Below, piece after piece: positions 46,601 to 53,310 of a DNA stretch of 64,000 nt (within the stretch, counting starts at the first letter, position 1; every line of letters starts with the position of its first letter). A program made the position numbers and the translations under genes. The notes under the pieces were generated by a model that worked only from the letters and a program-made list of their open reading frames with translations, had not been told where the DNA came from and searched no databases. Source of the DNA: Bacteroides sp. (GTDB lineage Bacteria; Bacteroidota; Bacteroidia; Bacteroidales; UBA7960); contig JAZBOS010000087.1 in NCBI GenBank assembly GCA_036351255.1, forward strand, positions 25,490 through 89,489, in the 5' to 3' direction.

Positions 46601-48259
46601 ATGCGTTTTAAAAACTCCTTTCCCGCGTTTGGTCTCATTCTGTTTTTTCTTGGGTTAATTTTTTTTCCTTTTCTTGATGGATTTGGGCAGGAGCCTTCTC
46701 TGCCTGAGGCAAACCAGGAAGCCAGCGTCAATCTGAGTAGTCCTTACCACAGCATTCGCACCCACCTCGATTTCCTGGAAGCCGAAAATTATTATCCCGA
46801 CTCTGCTGCCCGGGCTTTTATGTATCCCGGCGTGAAACCAGAGCAGGCCCGCGAAGCTGCCATCAAGCTGAAGCAGATCCTCGACGGGCGCGGTTACCTC
46901 ATCGACCCCGAGCAAATTCCCCAAAACACGCACTATACCGATACAGTCACAGGGAACATGGTATTTGCTCCTCTTACCCAGTTTCCCGACATTTACCTGA
47001 TCAAAAGGGAAGGGAAATGGACCTACAGCCTCCATAGCATCAAAGAAATCGAAAAATTACACAACGAGGTATTTCCCTTTGGCATCGACCGCTTCCTCGA
47101 AGTGCTGCCCCACTCAGGCACCAGGCAATTTATCGGTTTGTATTTCTGGCAGTACCTGGGCATCCTGATCATTATTCTCCTGAGTTTTCTGCTGCATAAA
47201 CTGCTGACCTGGGTGTTCAGCAGGCTGCTCTATCGCGGTGCCTCCCAGCTGGGATACGACCGCCTGGTAAGGCCCTATCTGCTGCCCGTGGCCAAACCCC
47301 TGAGCCTGTTTATGGTGTTTGTGTTCATTGGTATCGTATTCCCGGTATTGCAGCTTCCCGTGGAGGTCTCAAAATATTTCATTTTCGCTTTCAAAGCCAT
47401 CCTGCCTTTCTTTGCCACTTTTGTGGTATACCGATTGGTGGATGTGTTTTCGCTTTACCTTGAAAGGCTTTCAGGAAAAAGCGACTCTAACCTTGAAAAC
47501 CACGTGGTTCCTCTTATCAGGAAGGTACTCAGGGTGTTTGTGATCATTATAGGCGGGCTCGTCATCTTGCAGAGCATCGGCGTGAACATCACCGCCTTGC
47601 TGGCAGGGATATCCATCGGGGGCCTGGCCCTGGCCCTGGCCGCCCAGGACACCCTCAAAAACCTGTTCGGCTCATTTATGATCTTTCTCGACAAGCCCTT
47701 CTCTGTAGGACACTGGATCACCAGCGGCGACATCGACGGTACGGTAGAGGAAGTGGGGTTTCGTTCCACCCGCGTGCGAACCTTCCGCAACTCGCTGACC
47801 TATGTCCCCAACGGCAAATTGGCCGATGCCACCATCGACAATCACGGCCTGCGACAGTACCGCCGTTTTTATATGCACATTGCCATAACCTACGATACCC
47901 CACCCGACCTGATCGAAGTATTTGTTGAAGGACTGCGCAAAATCGTGGATCGCAGCCCCAAAACCCGTAAAGACTTTTACATCATCGAGTTCAACGAAAT
48001 GGGCGACTTCGCCCTGAAGATCATGTTTTACATCTTCTTTACGGTGCCCACCTGGCCCGAAGAACTAAAGGCCCGTCACGAAATCCTCATTGAAATCGTC
48101 CGGCTGGCCGAAAAATTGGGCATCCGCTTTGCATTCCCCACCCAAACCCTGCACATGGAAAACTTCCCTGAAAAACGTTCGCAAACCCCACAGTACGACA
48201 TGGATATGAACGAATTCAGGAAGGTAATGGAAGACTATTTCAAAGAAAGTCAGCCATAA
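46601..48259 (+). CDS. Mechanosensitive ion channel family protein (MscS family, large N-terminal extension)
   Basis: A signal/TM helix, a periplasmic region and TM helices are followed by the MscS core LAAQDTLKNLFGSFMIFLDKPFSVGHWITSGDIDGTVEEVGFRSTRVRTFRNSLTYVPNGKL and the C-terminal alpha/beta domain. Confidence 0.9.
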   Translation: MRFKNSFPAFGLILFFLGLIFFPFLDGFGQEPSLPEANQEASVNLSSPYHSIRTHLDFLEAENYYPDSAARAFMYPGVKPEQAREAAIKLKQILDGRGYLIDPEQIPQNTHYTDTVTGNMVFAPLTQFPDIYLIKREGKWTYSLHSIKEIEKLHNEVFPFGIDRFLEVLPHSGTRQFIGLYFWQYLGILIIILLSFLLHKLLTWVFSRLLYRGASQLGYDRLVRPYLLPVAKPLSLFMVFVFIGIVFPVLQLPVEVSKYFIFAFKAILPFFATFVVYRLVDVFSLYLERLSGKSDSNLENHVVPLIRKVLRVFVIIIGGLVILQSIGVNITALLAGISIGGLALALAAQDTLKNLFGSFMIFLDKPFSVGHWITSGDIDGTVEEVGFRSTRVRTFRNSLTYVPNGKLADATIDNHGLRQYRRFYMHIAITYDTPPDLIEVFVEGLRKIVDRSPKTRKDFYIIEFNEMGDFALKIMFYIFFTVPTWPEELKARHEILIEIVRLAEKLGIRFAFPTQTLHMENFPEKRSQTPQYDMDMNEFRKVMEDYFKESQP

Positions 48260-48380
48260 GCTTTCAATCATTCACTGTCAGCAAAAATTCCTGAAACGCC
48301 CCTGTCAATGATATGAAAACCGGGATTATTATACCCTTATTGAAGGGTTTTCTCCCCTTTTAAAGTCATATCTGGCCCAT

Positions 48381-48444
48381 AGTTAATACGGAGTTAATAC
48401 GGAGTTTATACGGTTTAAACCGTATAAACTCCGTATTAACTCCG
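48381..48444. repeat. Perfect 56-bp palindrome (48389-48444) built from 11-bp units AGTTAATACGG / AGTTTATACGG (3 direct, 2 inverted) around a TTTAAA centre
   Basis: I checked it base by base: 48389-48416 pairs perfectly with 48417-48444. Direct units lie at 48381, 48392 and 48403, and inverted units at 48420 and 48431. Confidence 0.9.
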
Positions 48445-48540
48445 ACTCAGATAATAAGCTGGTAAGCGGCATAAAAGCCCCATATTGGACTTTATGATCT
48501 GAAAATCAATAAAATAAGAAGAAATGGCTATTGCATAAAA

Positions 48541-48591
48541 AGAAGCATAAAAAGAGAGGCCGTCGGCAGATCAGTTTCTGCGACGGCCTCT
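48541..48591 (-). terminator. Rho-independent terminator of the encapsulin operon
   Basis: An 11-bp stem AGAGGCCGTCG / CGACGGCCTCT (48555-48565 / 48581-48591) with a 15-nt loop is followed on the minus strand by CTTTTTATGCTTCT. Confidence 0.6.
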
Positions 48592-48615
48592 TAGGCTTAG
48601 CCGATTGAAAGCGCT

Positions 48616-49407
48616 TTACTTGATCACAATGATGGCTGCGGAATCGATCACCTGGAAGGTAAACGATTCGGTAAAGTAAAGCTGAACGGATTTATTGTTA
48701 TGCGACTCGTAACCAATGGAGAGGTCTTGTCCGATCACCATTTTGAAATCGCCTCCTCTTTCAGATACCAAATAGGCATCCTTAATGAAAGGGGCCAGGA
48801 TGATGGAACCGCCCAGCAGATTTTCGATCTGTTTGCGCAGGGGGTAGCCGCGCATAAAGCTGTTCACCATTTGCCATTTTTCGCTGTTGAGCACCAGGGT
48901 ATAGGGGCCTTCGATGGCATTGGCGTTGAATTTTGCCAGGGCCTGGGTAATGACACCCATAATTTCCTCAGCAGTTTCGGGGAAAGTCAATGCATCGTAA
49001 TCTGAGCTGTTTTTAAGCCCCGTGATGTTGCCGGGCTTAAAACCATCGTAAATGGCTTTTTCCTCAAATTGTGCAATCTTACGGGCGGCTTCTTCCATGG
49101 GGCCAAGGTCAATGTCTTCGGCACCGCGCGCCACATTGTCCAGTTCCCAAACGTTCAACTCAAAGGGAATGCGAGCCTCTACCAGGGGAAGAACCTGGTG
49201 AATGCCATATTTGACAGCATCCTTTTGGTTGGCAGGTACCTGGATGCGGCCGGTGGAAAGGGCGGCAAAATCCAGGCCTTTGGGGCCTTCAACATCTACA
49301 AATTTGCGGGCAGAGAGCGCTGCCGTGAGCACTTCTTTCGCGGTATCATTAATTTCGTCCCAAGCTTTTTGCGAAATGGGCGCCAGTGATTTTCTTAAAA
49401 TATCCAT
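48616..49407 (-). CDS. Family 1 encapsulin nanocompartment shell protein (HK97 fold, linocin M18-like)
   Basis: 263 aa. The N-terminus MDILRKSLAPISQKAWDEINDTAKEVL closely resembles the T. maritima-type encapsulin N-terminus as I recall it. It lies directly downstream of a cargo gene that carries a targeting peptide. Confidence 0.9.
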   Translation of the reverse strand: MDILRKSLAPISQKAWDEINDTAKEVLTAALSARKFVDVEGPKGLDFAALSTGRIQVPANQKDAVKYGIHQVLPLVEARIPFELNVWELDNVARGAEDIDLGPMEEAARKIAQFEEKAIYDGFKPGNITGLKNSSDYDALTFPETAEEIMGVITQALAKFNANAIEGPYTLVLNSEKWQMVNSFMRGYPLRKQIENLLGGSIILAPFIKDAYLVSERGGDFKMVIGQDLSIGYESHNNKSVQLYFTESFTFQVIDSAAIIVIK

Positions 49408-49421
49408 TGTTTTCCTCCTTT

Positions 49422-49793
49422 TTATTTTTTGATTTTTCCTAATCCTAATGAATCGTCGTCAGCTTTGGGGGCATCGTCATGGTCGTGGTCATCGTGCTCG
49501 TGGTCATCGCCATGCGCGCCCATGATATCCCCTTCCTTGAACAACCAGTTGCGCAACTCCTCATCCCAGCCGGGCATATTGCGCCGCAGCCATTCGAGGG
49601 TCATGCAGGCATGTTCAATTTCTTCATCGCGGTTGTGGGCCATAATATCGGCCAAGTCCTTATCGTTGGTAGTGACCACACGCTGATGGTACCAGTCAAC
49701 GGCTTCAATTTCTTCTTTCAGGCTGTTTAATGCACGCGAAAAATTACGCGCTTCCTGAGTTAACTCTTCGGTGGGTTCGTGATAGTTCGACAT
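49422..49793 (-). CDS. Encapsulated ferritin-like protein (EncFtn-type cargo) with a C-terminal encapsulin targeting peptide
   Basis: EEIEAVDWYHQR and AHNRDEEIEHACMTLEWLRRN match the EncFtn core (compare R. rubrum EncFtn). A His/Asp-rich linker is followed by the terminal DDSLGLGKIKK. Confidence 0.9.
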   Translation of the reverse strand: MSNYHEPTEELTQEARNFSRALNSLKEEIEAVDWYHQRVVTTNDKDLADIMAHNRDEEIEHACMTLEWLRRNMPGWDEELRNWLFKEGDIMGAHGDDHEHDDHDHDDAPKADDDSLGLGKIKK

Positions 49794-49885
49794 ATTAAAT
49801 CTGATTTTGGTGAATATTTTGAATGAAAATAATTTTTACACAAGGTCTTTGGCCTTCAGGAAATAACCAAAAAATGCAATAAATA

Positions 49886-49893
49886 CAAATTTA
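49886..49893 (-). promoter_or_regulatory. Candidate -7 box (TAAATTTG on the minus strand) for the EncFtn-encapsulin operon
   Basis: It matches TAnnTTTG about 93 nt upstream of the EncFtn ATG at 49793. Confidence 0.3.
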
Positions 49894-50282
49894 ATCTTTT
49901 CAGGAGTTATCAAAAAATCTGTAACCGTTTTTTGCCTGAGAATGAATTTTGCGAATATTATTGCAAGCATGCTATATGATAAACAACAATATGCCCTTTT
50001 TGTTGAAATTTATCCTGATTATTTCACTATGTAGTGCCTTTAAAATTTTCTATTATAGCAGTTTTTTGACCCGATAAATACAGACAAATGTTCTGATGCT
50101 TTTTAAAAATTGGTGCTTCTTCAAATGCCTTTTCAATTATCATGAGCGATGGGTTGGAAATTCTGAAAAACCTTTCAAAAGGAAAACATACCACTATTCA
50201 AAAAGCAAACCAGATTTTCCAGGCCTTAGCATGGCCGCCCCATCCGAATTCTTTATACTTTTATGGTCAAAAAAAAGGGCCA

Positions 50283-51038
50283 ATGATCAATGGCAAAAAG
50301 GTTGTGGTGGTGCTTCCGGCCTATAATGCAGGGAAGACGCTGGAGGCGACCTACAATGAGATAGATTTTTCGGTAGTGGATGAGGTGATCCTGGTGGATG
50401 ACCTGAGCAAGGATGATACGCTGGAAGTGGCGCGGCGGCTGGGCATCCGCCATATTGTTGAGCACGCGCGCAACAAGGGCTACGGGGGTAACCAGAAATC
50501 CTGCTATAACAAAGCCCTGCAGATCGGGGGGGATATTGTGATCATGCTTCATCCCGATTATCAGTATACGCCAAAGCTGATTCCTGCCATGGCCCACCTG
50601 ATCGCCTCGGGTCTTTATCACGTGGTCCTTGGTTCGCGAATTCTGGGCAAAGGAGCCCTGGCAGGGGGCATGCCCATGATCAAGTATTTAGCCAACCGGG
50701 GGCTGACCTTTATTCAGAACCTCCTGATGAATGCCAAATTATCGGAGTACCATACGGGTTACAGGGCTTTCTCGCGCGAGGTGCTGGAAAGGGTTAATTT
50801 CATGGCCAATTCCGATAATTTCGTTTTCGACAACCAGATGCTTGCCCAGATCTGGTATGCGGGCTACGAAATTGCCGAGATCACCTGCCCGACCAAATAT
50901 TTTGACGATGCCTCAAGTATCAATTTGAAGAACAGTTCCATATACGGGCTAGGGGTGTTGAAAACCTCGCTGCAATACCGCCTTCAGAAATGGGGCTGGA
51001 TGAAATTCAAAATATTTGACCATGAAGCGGTTCATTGA
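50283..51038 (+). CDS. Family 2 glycosyltransferase (polyprenol-phosphate sugar transferase, DPM1/ArnC-like)
   Basis: VVVLPAYNAGKTLE, ILVDDLSKDDT and HPDYQY (DxD-like) are present. The start could be 50142, but the ATG at 50283 gives the typical short N-terminus. Confidence 0.8.
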   Translation: MINGKKVVVVLPAYNAGKTLEATYNEIDFSVVDEVILVDDLSKDDTLEVARRLGIRHIVEHARNKGYGGNQKSCYNKALQIGGDIVIMLHPDYQYTPKLIPAMAHLIASGLYHVVLGSRILGKGALAGGMPMIKYLANRGLTFIQNLLMNAKLSEYHTGYRAFSREVLERVNFMANSDNFVFDNQMLAQIWYAGYEIAEITCPTKYFDDASSINLKNSSIYGLGVLKTSLQYRLQKWGWMKFKIFDHEAVH

Positions 51039-52683
51039 AAAACTTCCCGCGGCACGGGTGGCCCTGCTGTTGATCTTTCCCCTGCTGTACATTGTGTTTG
51101 CAGCCTATTTTCGTCACCTGCTCGGCAACCTTTCCCTGCGCTCAAGCGATCCTGAGTATATTTATTTTATGAGCGGGCTCACCCTATCGGAGGGAACCCT
51201 GAAGCTGGCCCACGTAGATAATCCCGGAACCCCCCTGCAGCTTCTCGTAGCCCTGGTGTTTCGCCTGACCTGGCTGGTAAGGGGCCTGCCAAAACCTTAT
51301 GTGGAGGATGTTTTCCTGCATCCCGACCTCTACCTTTCCGTGACCAGCCTTTTCATTGCTGCCCTTACTGCCGGACTGCTCTGGTATGCCGGAAAGAAAA
51401 CCCTCCAGTATACAAACTCTGTTTTTTATGCCTTGCTGGTTCAAACGGCCCCCTTCCTGCCAGTCATCTGGTATGACCTGATTGGCAGGGTAGCCCCTGA
51501 ACTGATGATGCCATTTCCGCTGGTGTTGCTGACGGTGCTGTTGATCAAGGTGCAGTACCAGGAAAAACCGGTTGACAATACCCAGCTTTTTCTGTTTGCC
51601 CTGCTTTCAGCCTTCGGGCTTTCCATCAAGCTCACCTTTCTGCCGGTATGGATCATTCCTTTCCTGTTCATCGAAGGATGGAAAAGAAAACTGTGTTATG
51701 TCGGCCTGTCGCTTTTGCTGTTTTTCATCATCGCTTTTCCGGTGACTCTGCGCCTGAATGTCTTCTGGGGATGGATCAAGGCTTTGTTTATGCACAGCGG
51801 TCAGTATGGCGGGGGCGAATCAAACATTATCGACCTGGCTTCGCTGAGGGGAAACCTGAGGGAACTGATCGGACTGGAGAAACGTTTCTTTTACCTCTTC
51901 CTGGTGCTGACCGCCTCCCTTGCAGCTTTCCTGGCCTGGTTCAGGAAGCAAGCCGACCGGCGCATCCTCATCCTGGGGCTGGCAGTAGTTTTGTCCGTCG
52001 GTCTGCAGGTCCTGATGGTAGGGAAACACTATGCCCACCGCTATTTCATCCCGGTATTGCTGCTTTCCCCCCTGATGGCCATTATCATTGCAGAACTCGT
52101 TAAAAAAAGCTTTCCCCGCAAGGGAGCCATCCTGTTCATCAACCTGGCCATACTTTTCCTGTTTGCGATCAACATCAGGCACCACGCCCAATGGCTGCCC
52201 ATCAAAACCCAGGCCATGGAGAGCGACATTGAGATTCGCATACCCACCTGGCATTTTGCCCAATTGCTTGAGAACGACAGCTACCGCATCATCACCTCGC
52301 AAAACTATGGCTCGCCTTTTATTGAATACACCCTGACTTACAGCCACGTCTGGGGAACCGGTAAAAAACGTGCGGAATACGCCCCAATACTCGATAAACT
52401 TTATCCCAACACCTATAATTACTTCACTTGGGACAACACCCTGAAATATTGGGTTAAGCCTTTTGACGCAAGGGAAATCATCGATTCGGGAAAACCTGTC
52501 TATCTTTACCTGGAACGAGATGAGCAGGAGCTTTACGATAAGACCCTTGCCAAGCTGCAGGAGGAAAGCACCACGGCATTTAGTGCCAGCAAAGAATTGC
52601 TGTTTCACAACCCTGCAACGGGGGAAGTGATTTACAAGCTGTTGCTCAGCTTCCGCGAAAGCGAAGAATTGCCAAAAGAATAA
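51022..52683 (+). CDS. Polytopic membrane protein, putative GT-C fold (ArnT/PMT-like) glycosyltransferase
   Basis: It has about 11 hydrophobic helices, an acidic first-loop motif (SSDPEYIYF) and a soluble C-terminal domain. It overlaps the GT2 gene by 17 nt. The family assignment is tentative. Confidence 0.55.
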   Translation: MKRFIEKLPAARVALLLIFPLLYIVFAAYFRHLLGNLSLRSSDPEYIYFMSGLTLSEGTLKLAHVDNPGTPLQLLVALVFRLTWLVRGLPKPYVEDVFLHPDLYLSVTSLFIAALTAGLLWYAGKKTLQYTNSVFYALLVQTAPFLPVIWYDLIGRVAPELMMPFPLVLLTVLLIKVQYQEKPVDNTQLFLFALLSAFGLSIKLTFLPVWIIPFLFIEGWKRKLCYVGLSLLLFFIIAFPVTLRLNVFWGWIKALFMHSGQYGGGESNIIDLASLRGNLRELIGLEKRFFYLFLVLTASLAAFLAWFRKQADRRILILGLAVVLSVGLQVLMVGKHYAHRYFIPVLLLSPLMAIIIAELVKKSFPRKGAILFINLAILFLFAINIRHHAQWLPIKTQAMESDIEIRIPTWHFAQLLENDSYRIITSQNYGSPFIEYTLTYSHVWGTGKKRAEYAPILDKLYPNTYNYFTWDNTLKYWVKPFDAREIIDSGKPVYLYLERDEQELYDKTLAKLQEESTTAFSASKELLFHNPATGEVIYKLLLSFRESEELPKE

Positions 52684-52698
52684 AGTAAAATAAAAACT

Positions 52699-53241
52699 AT
52701 GAATTTTGACCAACTGGTAATCGAGCGGGAGAGCACTCGTCGCTATGCTGACCGCCCCGTGGAAGCTGAAAAGATCGAAGCCATCCTTGAGGCATGCCGG
52801 CTGGCGCCTTCAGCCTGCAACAGCCAGCCCTGGAAGTTTGTGATGGTCACCGATCGGGCACTAAGCCTTGAGGTAGCCAAGGCCACCTTCAGCCCGATGC
52901 TTCAGTTCAATCGTTTCGCGGTACTGGCCCCGGTGATGGCAGTATTGGTGATGGAACCGGCAAAAATGCTTTCAAAAATTGGCAGCACCGTGAAAGACAA
53001 GGACCTGTCAATGATCGACACTGGCATCGTGGCCTCTCACTTTTGCCTGCAAGCGGCCGAACTGGGCCTGGGAACCTGTATGCTGGGCTGGTTCGACGAG
53101 AAAAAGGTGCGCAAGCTGCTGAACATTCCCAGGACAAAACGAATCCCCCTGATCATTACCCTGGGCTACCCGGTTGACGAGAAAAAGCGCCGGAAGATCA
53201 GAAAAAGACCGGACGAAATGGCCTCTTTCAACCAATATTGA
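52699..53241 (+). CDS. Nitroreductase family protein
   Basis: RESTRRY...APSACNSQPW.F is the typical nitroreductase N-terminal motif. 180 aa. Confidence 0.85.
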   Translation: MNFDQLVIERESTRRYADRPVEAEKIEAILEACRLAPSACNSQPWKFVMVTDRALSLEVAKATFSPMLQFNRFAVLAPVMAVLVMEPAKMLSKIGSTVKDKDLSMIDTGIVASHFCLQAAELGLGTCMLGWFDEKKVRKLLNIPRTKRIPLIITLGYPVDEKKRRKIRKRPDEMASFNQY

Positions 53242-53310
53242 AGTAATTTTAACCATTGAAATCAAGTTTATAAACCAATACATAATCATCCCAATCAAAA
53301 GAACCCCGCA

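Noticed and set aside
48381-48444. The tandem 11-bp units considered as a CRISPR array
   Set aside because: The units abut with no spacers, are far shorter than CRISPR repeats, switch orientation, and no cas genes are present.
49815-49845. Possible Fur box (TGAATATTTTGAATGAAAATAATTTTT) upstream of the EncFtn gene
   Set aside because: My best by-eye alignment to the classical 19-bp Fur consensus gives only about 12 matches in very AT-rich DNA, and Bacteroidota Fur sites differ from that consensus. This is not enough to call, though it could be tested by footprinting or iron-dependent expression.
50142-50282. 47-aa N-terminal extension of the GT2 gene
   Set aside because: GT2 enzymes normally begin a few residues before the VV.PAYN strand, and the extension has no recognisable feature. 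I keep it only as an alternative start.
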